Shown: positions 9,154 to 18,934 of the stretch, piece after piece
How the letters are laid out: each line of letters opens with the position of its first letter
How positions within the stretch are numbered: position 1 is the first letter of the stretch
Virus record (IMG/VR): IMGVR_UViG_2671180254_000014
Reading direction: 5' to 3' (one strand)
Origin: a virus
Lineage: Duplodnaviria; Heunggongvirae; Uroviricota; Caudoviricetes
DNA length: 40,208 nucleotides
Program-made: the position numbers and the translations under genes
Notes under the pieces: model-generated
Seen by the model: the letters and a program-made list of their open reading frames with translations, nothing else
The model's database searches: none
Told to the model about the DNA's origin: nothing

Positions 9154-9576
9154 ATGGCTGAAACACAGATGAGCATGTTTGGTGACAGCGAACAGCTGCA
9201 CGCGCTGATTGACCGTCTGGATGATATTCCTGATGATGAGCTGAAAAAGAACTGGCCCGGCACGCTGCGGGACCTGGTTGATGTGATCAGTGCTGAACTG
9301 CACCGTCAGGGGATTGAACCTGCTCAGGCGGGAATGCTTGCCCGTAAGGTTGCAGCCGCACAGGCCGGGTACATGGGCGGGCGTGGTTATTATCTCCCGG
9401 TCGGTGAATCCCTTTTCACCGAACTGCGCAATAATGAAATTTTTTCCCGCTGGAGCCAGGGCGAAAAAATTGAAACCCTGCGCCGCCACTACCAGATGTC
9501 AGAGACGCAGATTTACTCCGTTATCCGCAACCAGCGTCGCCTGCATCAGGAGCGCACGCAGCCCCGGCTTTTCTGA
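9154..9576 (+). CDS. Mor/C-family transcriptional activator
   Basis: 140-aa ORF; acidic N-terminus, central GGxxYYLPxG-like core and C-terminal helix-turn-helix region as in Mu Mor/C; only one family member seen. Confidence 0.8.
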   Translation: MAETQMSMFGDSEQLHALIDRLDDIPDDELKKNWPGTLRDLVDVISAELHRQGIEPAQAGMLARKVAAAQAGYMGGRGYYLPVGESLFTELRNNEIFSRWSQGEKIETLRRHYQMSETQIYSVIRNQRRLHQERTQPRLF

Positions 9577-9647
9577 TATTCCGCAAATCCTGCCCCCTTT
9601 TCCTCACGGTTACGCTGACTCAGAGAACACCATGAGACAGCGTAACA

Positions 9648-10148
9648 ATGCCAAAACTCCCCGCACCCCTGCGTAAAAAGCTGATTGCCCTTGTTCTGGC
9701 CGGAGCCGGGACGTTCACCATTGCCACGCACTACACCGGCTACTGGGAAGGGAAAGAAAACACCACGTACATTGATCCCACCGGCACCCCCACCATCTGT
9801 TACGGCCATACCGGCCCGGATGTGAAACCGGGGATGACAAAAACTGATGAAGAGTGTCTGGAGCTGCTGGAAAAGGACATGAAATGGGCCTTTGCGGCTA
9901 TCGATCGTCATGTTCAGGTGCCGCTTACCCGTGGTCAGACGGTGGCGCTGGCCTCCTGGATTTTCTGGGCCGGTGAAACGAACTTTCGCAACTCCACGCT
10001 CCTGCGCCTTATCAATGCCGGGCAGATGCCCGCGTCCTGTAAGCAGTATATCCGCTGGATTTATTCAAAGGGGGTAAAACTCCCCGGTCTTGAGGCCCGC
10101 CGTTCGGCGGATGAATGGTTATGTCGTTACGATTTGCCGAAAGTCTGA
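9648..10148 (+). CDS. endolysin, lysozyme family, probable signal-anchor-release type
   Basis: 166-aa ORF; N-terminal Gly/Ala-rich hydrophobic segment LIALVLAGAGTFTIA followed by lysozyme-like core (YWEGKENTTYIDPTGTPTICYGHT). Confidence 0.8.
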   Translation: MPKLPAPLRKKLIALVLAGAGTFTIATHYTGYWEGKENTTYIDPTGTPTICYGHTGPDVKPGMTKTDEECLELLEKDMKWAFAAIDRHVQVPLTRGQTVALASWIFWAGETNFRNSTLLRLINAGQMPASCKQYIRWIYSKGVKLPGLEARRSADEWLCRYDLPKV

Positions 10149-10212
10149 ACCGCTTCTGGCGACCGCTCATGATTGCGCTGCTGTGTGCCGTTGTGCTGCT
10201 GCGGGGTGTGCT

Positions 10213-10611
10213 GTGTCTGCGGTGAACAATCCCTTACCGGCCCTGATTGCCGGAGGCTGTATGGCGGCGCTGGGGGTGATGAGCGTGCTGGCTGCCGTGG
10301 TATGGGGAATGCACCAGAAGACGCAGCGCCTTGAGGACAATAATCATGTGCTTGTGCGTGAACGGGACGAAGCCCGTCTGGTGCTGGCAAACCAGCAACG
10401 CACCCTGCAACTCATTTCACAAATCAGCAAGGCGGCCACGAATGAAAAACAGCAGAACATGCAGCACAGCGAGGAACAGCAGAGCATTGTCCGCCGGTCA
10501 CTGGCAACGGTGCCTGCTGCCGCTGTGCCTGTGCCTGATGATGTGGCTGACCGGGTGCGGCGGGCCGTCTGTGAAATTCGTCCCTGTGCCGCCGGTGCCG
10601 ATCCCCGCTGA
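10213..10611 (+). CDS. candidate i-spanin (Rz-like); start uncertain
   Basis: N-terminal transmembrane segment then coiled-coil-like region; starts possible at GTG 10213/10222 or ATG 10261; overlaps lysozyme 3' end if extended. Confidence 0.45.
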   Translation: MSAVNNPLPALIAGGCMAALGVMSVLAAVVWGMHQKTQRLEDNNHVLVRERDEARLVLANQQRTLQLISQISKAATNEKQQNMQHSEEQQSIVRRSLATVPAAAVPVPDDVADRVRRAVCEIRPCAAGADPR

Positions 10612-10813
10612 ATGGCTGGCTGACTGCCTGGTCCCTCCCGCGCCGCAGCCGTTCACGTTTGGTGCATCGGTCACTTACAACCTGCAACTGCTGGCGGTGA
10701 TTAAAAACTGCAACGTGGACAAGGCCAGCATCCGCCGTCTGGAGACACAGCGACAGCATGAATTTACTGATATGGCCGGAACGACTGCTGTTCCGGCAGG
10801 AAAGACGAAGTAA
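10442..10813 (+). CDS. candidate o-spanin lipoprotein (Rz1-like)
   Basis: Alternate frame overlapping i-spanin; basic N-region, hydrophobic core, lipobox LTGC, Pro-rich mature part (VPVPPVPIP). Confidence 0.5.
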   Translation: MKNSRTCSTARNSRALSAGHWQRCLLPLCLCLMMWLTGCGGPSVKFVPVPPVPIPAEWLADCLVPPAPQPFTFGASVTYNLQLLAVIKNCNVDKASIRRLETQRQHEFTDMAGTTAVPAGKTK

Positions 10814-10823
10814 GGAAAAAGGT

Positions 10824-11051
10824 ATGGATGATTCAGATTGTGCTCAGGCAGTCATGGAGCGTGCAACAGAACGCGCCCTTTGTGACCGGCTGACACGTAA
10901 GCGCCGGGTGGCGGAGACACCGGGCAGGCGTGTATGCGCGGACTGCGGGGGTGACATTCCGGCTGCCCGTCTGGTTGCCGTGCCGGATGCCATCCGTTGT
11001 GTGAACTGCCAGAACATCATGGAGGCCGGTCATGTGGGTCAGCATCGTTAA
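10824..11051 (+). CDS. TraR/DksA-family C4 zinc-finger protein
   Basis: ATG 10824 with AAGGAAAAAGG RBS; CxxC-(17)-CxxC motif (CADCGG...CVNC). Confidence 0.6.
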   Translation: MDDSDCAQAVMERATERALCDRLTRKRRVAETPGRRVCADCGGDIPAARLVAVPDAIRCVNCQNIMEAGHVGQHR

Positions 11052-11343
11052 AGATTATGTCGTGCCGATCCTGTCGGCAACGGCCACAGCCGGGGGGATC
11101 TTCATGGCGCTGATGCGCAAAACCTTTGTCCCCCGCGAGGCCTTTGAAAAACTCTCCGACCGGGTTGAGCGGGTGGAGAGCCGGATTTCCGGCCTGCCCA
11201 CGCAGCAGGAGGTGAACAGACTCAATATCGAAATCACCACCCTGCGCGGTGAGCTTAAGGCCACCAATGCCACCCTGAAATCCGTCTCCCATCAGAACGA
11301 ACTGCTGCTGGAGCAGGCTGTAAGGAAAAAACACAATGAGTGA
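11032..11343 (+). CDS. membrane-anchored coiled-coil phage protein
   Basis: 103-aa ORF; N-terminal hydrophobic helix then charged coiled-coil region. Confidence 0.5.
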   Translation: MWVSIVKDYVVPILSATATAGGIFMALMRKTFVPREAFEKLSDRVERVESRISGLPTQQEVNRLNIEITTLRGELKATNATLKSVSHQNELLLEQAVRKKHNE

Positions 11344-11626
11344 TTTCATTACTGAAGATCAGCGTCTTGTCATTCTGCGGTCGCTGGCGGATTACAACGG
11401 CGAACTGGGCGAATCCGTGCTTCAGGACTGCCTGGATGATTACGGTCACCGCGTGTCCCGCGACACCGTTCATACCCACATTGCCTGGCTTGCCGAGCAG
11501 GGACTGGTGCGTAAGCGCACGCTTGTTAACGGTTATTTCATCGCTGAACTGACCGGCCGGGGTCAGGATGTGGCGGAAGGCCGCGCCACCGTTCCGGGTG
11601 TGAAGAAACCACGCGCAAGGGGGTAA
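11336..11626 (+). CDS. hypothetical phage protein
   Basis: 96-aa ORF overlapping neighbours. Confidence 0.5.
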   Translation: MSDFITEDQRLVILRSLADYNGELGESVLQDCLDDYGHRVSRDTVHTHIAWLAEQGLVRKRTLVNGYFIAELTGRGQDVAEGRATVPGVKKPRARG

Positions 11627-11628
11627 CG

Positions 11629-12210
11629 ATGGATAAGCCAACGCGTGGCCGTGTACGCAAGGTGGATTTGCTCCCCGACAGCATCCGTAAGCCGCTGCTG
11701 GAAATGCTGCGTGAAAAACGTCTGACGCAGGTCCAGATCCGCGAGGAAATCAACCGTCTGATCCGTGAAGCAGGTCTGCCGGAAGAGCAGCAGCTCTCAC
11801 CGGCGGCCATCAGCCGGGAAGCCTCCCGTAATGAGCTGATTGCCCGTAATCTGCGTGATTTACGCGAGCAGACAAAAGCCATGATGGCCGAACTGGGGGA
11901 TAAGCCGACCGGTGAAACCACGGCACTGATTCTGGAGATGTCCCGTGCCCTGATGTACCGCCGTCTGCGTGCCGCCACCGAATCCCTGAACAGCGACAGC
12001 GATGTGGATATGCGCCTTATTAAGGACATCCTCCTGTCGGCACAGCGTGCAGAAAGTGCCGCCGAGCGCAGCATTAAGCGTGAAAAAGAAATCCGGGCCG
12101 CATTTGCTGAAGAGATGGCGAATGCGGTCACCGATGAGTTGCGCGGCGTGGATGGCATGAGCGAGCAGATCGAATTCCGTATCAGGCAGATGCTGCTGGG
12201 TAAGGCGTAG
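11629..12210 (+). CDS. putative terminase small subunit / DNA-binding protein (Mu gp27-like)
   Basis: 193-aa basic/acidic helical ORF immediately upstream of terminase large subunit region. Confidence 0.55.
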   Translation: MDKPTRGRVRKVDLLPDSIRKPLLEMLREKRLTQVQIREEINRLIREAGLPEEQQLSPAAISREASRNELIARNLRDLREQTKAMMAELGDKPTGETTALILEMSRALMYRRLRAATESLNSDSDVDMRLIKDILLSAQRAESAAERSIKREKEIRAAFAEEMANAVTDELRGVDGMSEQIEFRIRQMLLGKA

Positions 12211-12220
12211 GAGGTGAATC

Positions 12221-12469
12221 ATGGCAACAGATAACCGCTCACTGATGAGCAGTGCCCATCAGAAAGCATTCAGTCTTGCAACACAGTTACCTCCTGAAAC
12301 CATAAAGGTATGTCGTGAGTTGACTGAACTCAGCATTGCCGGGGAAATATCCCTGGAACAACTGCATTCGCTGCTGGCAGAGGCTGCCACTGATGAGTTG
12401 AGCGGCGTGGACGTGATGACTGAAGAGCTTGAGTCCCGAATCAAAAGCATTCTGACAGGTAAAGCATGA
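12221..12469 (+). CDS. hypothetical protein, C-terminus paralogous to preceding gene
   Basis: 82-aa ORF; C-terminal TDELSGVDVMTEELESRIKSILTGKA parallels TDELRGVDGMSEQIEFRIRQMLLGKA of the 193-aa protein. Confidence 0.5.
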   Translation: MATDNRSLMSSAHQKAFSLATQLPPETIKVCRELTELSIAGEISLEQLHSLLAEAATDELSGVDVMTEELESRIKSILTGKA

Positions 12470-14133
12470 TGAACAAAGCCAGAGAAACGTCGCCTTCACT
12501 GATGCAAATGACGCCTCCCCGCAAAATTGATCTGTCAGGTGAAAAAGCCCTGCTGGGCGTGGATGTGCCGGACAGCCTTGATTTGCCCGGTGATATGCCG
12601 GTGTTTCTGGATTATCAGGCCCGCTGGTTTGCAGATGAAAGTCAGGTCTGCATCGCGGAGAAATCCCGCCGCACCGGTCTTACCTGGGCGGAAGCCGGGC
12701 GTAACGTCATTACTGCTGCAAAACCGAAGCGTCGTGGTGGCCGCAATGTGTTTTATGTGGGATCAAAGCAGGAGATGGCGCTGGAATATATTTCTGCCTG
12801 CGCGCTGTTCTCCCGTGCCTTTAACCAGCTGGCAGATGCTGATGTGTATGAGCAGACATTCTGGGATCGGGATAAAAAAGAAGAAATTTTGACCTACATG
12901 ATCCGCTTTCCGAACAGTGGATTCAAAATTCAGGCATTGTCTTCCCGTCCGTCAAACCTGCGCGGCCTTCAGGGGGATGTGGTGATTGATGAAGCCGCGT
13001 TCCACGAGTCACTGGATGAGCTTCTCAAGGCGGCAATGGCGCTCACTATGTGGGGCGCGCGCGTGCGTATTATCTCCACGCATAACGGCGTCGATAATCT
13101 GTTTAATCAGTACATTCAGGAAGCCCGCGAGGGGCGCAAGGATTACAGCGTCCACCGCATAACCCTGGATGATGCCATTGCGGACGGGCTGTACCGTCGT
13201 ATCTGTTACGTCACCGATCAGGAATGGTCACCGGAAAGCGAGCAGAAATGGCGTGATGATCTCTACAAAAACGCCCCGACCCGTGAGGATGCCGACGAGG
13301 AATACGGCTGTATCCCGAAAAAATCCGGCGGTGCCTATATCCCCCACGCGCTTATTGAAATGGCGATGATCCGCGACATCCCGATTCTGACGTTTGAAGC
13401 CCCGGACAACTTCATCAGCCGTGCCGCATGGCTGCGTGAATCGGAAGTTTTAACCTGGTGTGAAGAACATTTAAAACCGCTTTTAGAGAAATTAAATCCC
13501 CGTTCCCGCTTCAGCTTCGGGGAAGACTTTGCCCGCACCGGTGACCTGTCCTGCTTTGTGCTGCTGGAAATCACCGAATCCCTGGCAAAGCGCGAGGTGT
13601 TTCGCGTGGAGCTGCGCAACCTGCCGTATGCCCAGCAGGAACAGGTGATGATGTACATCCTGACCCGCGTTCCGGCGCTGGTCGGTGCGGCGTTCGACGC
13701 CACCGGTAACGGCGGCTATCTGGCAGAGGCCGCACTGCTGGCCTTTGGCCCGGATATCATCGACTGCGTGATGTTGTCGCCGAAGTGGTACGGCGAGTGG
13801 ATGCCAAAACTGAAAGCCGAGTTTGAAGATCAGAATATCCTCGTCGCCCGCCATCAGACCACGCTTGATGATTTGCGCCATGTGAAGGTAGTGAATGGTA
13901 TCCCGCAAATCGACAAGGGGCGCACGAAGGACCAGAACGCAACGGCTGCGAACGCCCGCCGCCATGGTGATTTTGCCGTGGCGCTCTGTATGGCAAACCG
14001 GGCGTCATACATGGAGGGCTTCATCCTGGATGAATCAGCCTGTCAGGCGCTACCGGAGCGGTCGCGGGCAATGGAGGGCGGTTATCGTGATGACGATGAG
14101 GCATATCATGAATTTGATCGGGGGGGCTGGTAG
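12466..14133 (+). CDS. terminase large subunit
   Basis: 555-aa ORF; position and size match Mu gp28-type TerL; acidic motifs such as VVIDEAAFHE. Confidence 0.8.
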   Translation: MMNKARETSPSLMQMTPPRKIDLSGEKALLGVDVPDSLDLPGDMPVFLDYQARWFADESQVCIAEKSRRTGLTWAEAGRNVITAAKPKRRGGRNVFYVGSKQEMALEYISACALFSRAFNQLADADVYEQTFWDRDKKEEILTYMIRFPNSGFKIQALSSRPSNLRGLQGDVVIDEAAFHESLDELLKAAMALTMWGARVRIISTHNGVDNLFNQYIQEAREGRKDYSVHRITLDDAIADGLYRRICYVTDQEWSPESEQKWRDDLYKNAPTREDADEEYGCIPKKSGGAYIPHALIEMAMIRDIPILTFEAPDNFISRAAWLRESEVLTWCEEHLKPLLEKLNPRSRFSFGEDFARTGDLSCFVLLEITESLAKREVFRVELRNLPYAQQEQVMMYILTRVPALVGAAFDATGNGGYLAEAALLAFGPDIIDCVMLSPKWYGEWMPKLKAEFEDQNILVARHQTTLDDLRHVKVVNGIPQIDKGRTKDQNATAANARRHGDFAVALCMANRASYMEGFILDESACQALPERSRAMEGGYRDDDEAYHEFDRGGW

Positions 14134-15722
14134 TGGGACGCATCATTGATACTGACGGAAAACCTTTCTCCTTTGACCCGGAGATGCAGAGTGCCGCGCT
14201 GGATATTCCGCAGATTGCCAGCCGTTATATTGAACATCCGGCTTCGGGTATCACCCCGAACCGGGCGGCGCAGTGCCTTCGCGGGGCTGAACGTGGCGAT
14301 CTGATTGCCCAGTCCGATCTGGCCGCTGATATTGAAGAAAAGGACACCCACCTTTTTGCGGAGCTGGGCAAGCGACGTCTTGCCATTCAGGGGGTGCCAT
14401 GGAGTATTGAGCCGCCACCGAACGCCAGCGCGAATGAGAAAAAGGACGCGGAAATGCTCGACGAATATCTGCATTCCGCAGACTGGTTTGATGCCATGCT
14501 GTTTGACGCCACGGATGCCATCCTGAAGGGCTATTCCTGCATGGAAATTGAGCACGGGATGCTCGGTAAAATGCACATCATCCGCGCCATCCGCTGGCGT
14601 GACAGCGGGCATTTCTGCCTTAACCCGGATGATTTGAGCGAACTGCGGCTGCGTGACGGCAGCCATGCCGGGGTGGCGTTTCAGCCTTTTGGCTGGATAG
14701 TGCATCAGTCACGTTCACGGACCGGTTACGGTGGCGCAACGGGGCTTGTCAGGACGCTTATCTGGCCGTTCATTTTCAAAAACTATTCCGTGCGCGATCT
14801 GGCCGAATTTCTGGAGGTGTACGGACTGCCGATGAAGGTCGGGAAATACCCGTCCGGGGCAACACCGGAGCAGAAAAGCGCCCTGATGCGGGCGGTGATG
14901 GATATCGGGCGACGTACAGGCGGGATCATCCCGGCCGGGATGTCGCTGGAATTTCAGGCGGCAGCAAACGGTCAGGCCGATCCATTTGAAACCATGATTT
15001 CGTGGGGGGAGCGTTCCATCTCCAAAGCAATACTCGGCGGCACGCTGACCACGGAAGCCGGAGACAAAGGCGCGCGCTCGCTGGGTGAGGTGCATAACGA
15101 GGTGCGCCGGGAAATCAGGGATTCTGATTTACGGCAGCTGGCTGCAACCCTGAACCGCGATCTGGTGTATCCGCTGTACGCCCTGAACACCACGCACACT
15201 ATTGATATCCGCCGTCTGCCACGTATCTGCTTCCAGACCAAAGAACCAGGTGATATCACCAAAATCACCAGTGCGGTGATGCAGCTCAGTACGGGGATGG
15301 ATATTTCTGATCCCTGGATACGGGAGCAGACCGGTATTCCGCAGCCCACGCCCGGTGAAGCCATATTCCGTGTCCGTCAGAGTGGCAATGAACCGGCTCA
15401 GACCGACAGGGAAACACCACCGGAAAAACAGGAAAAAACAGAGCAGACGGCGCTGTCAGCCAGACTGCCGGAAGCGAAAAGCACGCCGCGTGATGAACTG
15501 GATGATATGGGGGACGCGGTGCCTGCCCGCCGCTTACAGGAGGCCATCGACCCGGTACTGGAGCCGGTCATTGATGCCATCAGAACGCGGGGGCTGGCGG
15601 ATGCGCTGGCAGACCTGCCTGCCCTTTATCGTGAAATGGATGATTCCCGCCTGATGACGCTGCTCAGTGATGCCATGTTTGCTGCGGAAATGAAGGGGAT
15701 GCTGGATGACACAGGGGATTGA
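14133..15722 (+). CDS. portal protein (Mu gp29-like)
   Basis: 529-aa ORF directly after terminase; Mu-like order. Confidence 0.8.
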   Translation: MGRIIDTDGKPFSFDPEMQSAALDIPQIASRYIEHPASGITPNRAAQCLRGAERGDLIAQSDLAADIEEKDTHLFAELGKRRLAIQGVPWSIEPPPNASANEKKDAEMLDEYLHSADWFDAMLFDATDAILKGYSCMEIEHGMLGKMHIIRAIRWRDSGHFCLNPDDLSELRLRDGSHAGVAFQPFGWIVHQSRSRTGYGGATGLVRTLIWPFIFKNYSVRDLAEFLEVYGLPMKVGKYPSGATPEQKSALMRAVMDIGRRTGGIIPAGMSLEFQAAANGQADPFETMISWGERSISKAILGGTLTTEAGDKGARSLGEVHNEVRREIRDSDLRQLAATLNRDLVYPLYALNTTHTIDIRRLPRICFQTKEPGDITKITSAVMQLSTGMDISDPWIREQTGIPQPTPGEAIFRVRQSGNEPAQTDRETPPEKQEKTEQTALSARLPEAKSTPRDELDDMGDAVPARRLQEAIDPVLEPVIDAIRTRGLADALADLPALYREMDDSRLMTLLSDAMFAAEMKGMLDDTGD

Positions 15723-17037
15723 TTTAGGTTATGCCGCCACGCTTCCCTCAAAAGAGGCGGTAGCATACTTCCGTGTCAAAGGGGCGCATATCAGCTGGAA
15801 CTGGTTCGAAACAGCCGCGGATGTTCATGCCCGCTCATTCACGGCAGCAAAAGCGGCACGCCTGGATGTGGTGACCACGTTACAGGCCGAAGTGCAGCGG
15901 GCCATTGATGAGGGAATTTCACAGAAAGCATTTATCCGCACGCTGACGCCACGCCTGCAAAAGCTGGGATGGTGGGGAAAGCAGATTGTGGTGGACAGCG
16001 ACGGTAACGCGGAAGAAGTGCAACTGGGCAGTCCCCGTCGTCTGGCGCTGATTTACAACGTGAACACCCGTGTGGCTTACAATGCCGGGCGTTACACGCA
16101 GATGATGAACAACACGGACACGCATCCGTTCTGGCAGTATGTGGCGGTCATGGACAGCCGTACCCGCCCGTCGCATTCCGCCCTTAACGGTCTGGTATTC
16201 CGCTATGACGATCCGTTCTGGAAAACACACTACCCACCTAATGGCTGGAACTGCCGCTGCCGTGTGCGGCCATTGTCTCAGGCTCGTCTGGATGCAATGG
16301 GGTTATCCGTTTCATCCGGTGAGGATCATCTCTCCACCCGCAATGTTGAGGCTGGCGTGGATAAACAGACCGGAGAAGTCAGAGAAATGCCGGTGACCAC
16401 ATATTCAGATGGCACCAGAACCATGACACCGGATGTGGGCTGGTCATATAACCCCGGCTCGGCAGCGTTCGGCACAGACCAGGCGCTGATCCGCAAACTG
16501 ATCGAGGTGAAAAGCCCGGCGTTACGGGAAATGGTGGTTCAGGAGATGAACAACAGCCCGGAGCGGCAGCTGGCGTTCCGCATCTGGGCAAAAAACATCA
16601 TGCAGACCCGGCGAGGTGGTAACGATATCCGCACGCTGGGCTTTATGACTGAAAGCATTGCGCAGGCAGTGGAAAGCCGGACGGGAACGCCACCGGCCCG
16701 CCTGCTGGCGATGAGCGGTAAAAATGTGCTCCATGCAGACAGTGTGAAACATCAGAATGACGGCATCGCCCTGATGCCAGAGGACTTCGGGCGCTTACCG
16801 GCAATGCTGGCAAAGCCAAAAGCGGTGCTGTGGGACAAACGGCACAAAAATCTGATGTATATCGTGGAAAATAAGGATGGCAGTGTGCAGATTGCCGTTA
16901 ATGCACCGTACAGTCTGAAACGTCAGCCCGACAAACTGGATGTGATTGTGAATGCTTACCGGGTTATCAATATGGATAAGCTGAAATCGGATATCCGGGG
17001 CGGAATGCTTGAGGTGCTGGAAGGACAAATTGATTAA
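15706..17037 (+). CDS. head morphogenesis protein (Mu F-like)
   Basis: 443-aa ORF after portal; Mu F position. Confidence 0.75.
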   Translation: MTQGIDLGYAATLPSKEAVAYFRVKGAHISWNWFETAADVHARSFTAAKAARLDVVTTLQAEVQRAIDEGISQKAFIRTLTPRLQKLGWWGKQIVVDSDGNAEEVQLGSPRRLALIYNVNTRVAYNAGRYTQMMNNTDTHPFWQYVAVMDSRTRPSHSALNGLVFRYDDPFWKTHYPPNGWNCRCRVRPLSQARLDAMGLSVSSGEDHLSTRNVEAGVDKQTGEVREMPVTTYSDGTRTMTPDVGWSYNPGSAAFGTDQALIRKLIEVKSPALREMVVQEMNNSPERQLAFRIWAKNIMQTRRGGNDIRTLGFMTESIAQAVESRTGTPPARLLAMSGKNVLHADSVKHQNDGIALMPEDFGRLPAMLAKPKAVLWDKRHKNLMYIVENKDGSVQIAVNAPYSLKRQPDKLDVIVNAYRVINMDKLKSDIRGGMLEVLEGQID

Positions 17038-17158
17038 CGGTCAGTGGCGGGGGTCGAACCCGCATACATGATCCACCCGGAGGCAGGCACCGACTTTACC
17101 AGTTAAGCGTACACTGACCGCCTGTTTATTTTATATTCATCCTTTATGCGGAGGCAAT

Positions 17159-17632
17159 ATGTCATCCATTGATGCCGCTGTCGTTGTTGACGTTACGCGT
17201 CTCCAGCGGGTGTTTGCCCGGCTTCAGTTTGTGGGCGGCGGAAAAGACCTGGCCCGCAGTGTGGCGGAGAGTCTTCTGTCATCGTCAGAAATGGCGTTTG
17301 AACAGGAAAAAGAGCCGGACGGCGAACGCTGGCATGACTGGTCAGATCCTTACCGCAAGTGGCGTACCCGTAAGGGATACACGCCCGGCAAAATCCTGAC
17401 ACTGAACGGCGATCTGGCCCGCCGCCTGACCACGGATTATGGCGATACCTGGGCGCTGATTGGATCAAATGAACCTTATGCGGCCATTCATCAGTGGGGT
17501 GGCCTGCCTGGTATGCCACCGGGACCGGCGGCCATTGGCGCACGTCCGTATATGGGCTTTGATCAGGTGGCAGAACAGGAGATCATGGACGAAATCAGAA
17601 AACGCTTTAAAAAGGCCACAGAAACGCCGTAA
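17159..17632 (+). CDS. virion morphogenesis protein (Mu G-like)
   Basis: 157-aa ORF in Mu G position. Confidence 0.7.
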   Translation: MSSIDAAVVVDVTRLQRVFARLQFVGGGKDLARSVAESLLSSSEMAFEQEKEPDGERWHDWSDPYRKWRTRKGYTPGKILTLNGDLARRLTTDYGDTWALIGSNEPYAAIHQWGGLPGMPPGPAAIGARPYMGFDQVAEQEIMDEIRKRFKKATETP

Positions 17633-17809
17633 TGGTTTAAGGTATACAAACGCATTACCTTACCCTCTTCAGGCGCGTGTCGTGATTTTCTAACCTGTAT
17701 TTAACGGGCTTTAAAATCTGCGTGAAGCGCCTTTCTCATTTTTCCCCTGTCAGCACTTTCTGAAGTCCCGCAAAACCGGCCCCGAAAAACACCGGCTTAT
17801 GCTGCCGGA

Positions 17810-18934
17810 ATGAAGACGAAAAACACGCCCAAACTTGCTTATGCCATTCTGAATGCCATCAGCCTGTCCGCAGACGGGGACGGTGACTGGTGTCAGATCA
17901 TGCCAGCCGGTCGGGTAAAGGCCCGTGACGGTCGCCCGGAAAAACCGGCGGAAGGCTGGCTGATTAACCATGCGGCCGTTGAGCGCATGGTATCCCGGGT
18001 TGTGGCGCTCAATCAGCCGGTAAAAATTGACTACAACCACCAGACCCTGATTAAGGGGCATCCGGCACCGGCTGCCGGTTTTGTCATGGCCTCACCGGAA
18101 AACTTCCGCTTCAGTGAAGAGCGGGGTTTTGAAGTGCGTCCGGACTGGAACCCTCCGGCCATTGAACACCTGCGCAATAACGAATTTCCCTGGTTTTCCC
18201 CGGTGATTGGTTATGACGAAATCACCGGTGAACCTGTTGAGCTTCGGATGCTGGCTATTACCGGTGACCCCGGTCTGACTGGCATGAATCCTGTCGCCGC
18301 ACTGTCGGCGGATGACCTTTATAACGCCTTAAACCCTCCTTTAAAGGACACCTCCATGAATGAGCAATTACGCCAGTTGCTGACGGCGCTCGGTCTGACC
18401 GTGGCCGACGGTGACGAATTTACACCGGAACTGGGCACGGCGGCGCTGTCTGCCCTTACCGGGATCAAAACCCGTGCGGATGCGCACGACACCCTGAAAA
18501 CGCAGGTTGCCAGCCTGTCGGCAGAGCTGGAAACCGCAAAAGGCACACCAACTGGCGGCACTATTGATCTGACGAAATACGTGCCCGTTGAGACGTATAA
18601 CGCCCTGCGTACCGAATATGTCGCGTTGTCGGCACAACACGGCAGCACCACGCTGGAGCAGTTGCTGGATAAGGCCGAGTCCGAAGGACGCATTTTCAAA
18701 AGCGAACGCGGATACATGGAAGGACTCGGACAACAGATTGGTGTTGCGGCACTTTCTGCACAGCTTGACGCCCGCCAGCCGGTTGCGGCTCTGACCACTC
18801 TTCAGACCGACACCGTAACCGTGCCGGATAAAAAGACCGCCACCGCTGCGCTGTCGGCTGAAGATATCGCCGCCGCCCATCTGCTGGGTAAAACCGAAGC
18901 CGAGTTCCTGAAAATGAAAGAGGAAATGCAATAA
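17810..18934 (+). CDS. head protease/scaffold protein (Mu I-like)
   Basis: 374-aa ORF preceding major head gene; Ala/Leu-rich coiled C-terminal half typical of scaffold. Confidence 0.75.
   Translation: MKTKNTPKLAYAILNAISLSADGDGDWCQIMPAGRVKARDGRPEKPAEGWLINHAAVERMVSRVVALNQPVKIDYNHQTLIKGHPAPAAGFVMASPENFRFSEERGFEVRPDWNPPAIEHLRNNEFPWFSPVIGYDEITGEPVELRMLAITGDPGLTGMNPVAALSADDLYNALNPPLKDTSMNEQLRQLLTALGLTVADGDEFTPELGTAALSALTGIKTRADAHDTLKTQVASLSAELETAKGTPTGGTIDLTKYVPVETYNALRTEYVALSAQHGSTTLEQLLDKAESEGRIFKSERGYMEGLGQQIGVAALSAQLDARQPVAALTTLQTDTVTVPDKKTATAALSAEDIAAAHLLGKTEAEFLKMKEEMQ

Noticed and set aside
17038-17122. A complete tRNA gene between F and G
   Set aside because: Only the acceptor stem and T-arm fold; D-arm and anticodon arm could not be paired in any register, so it is reported only as a tRNA-like element.
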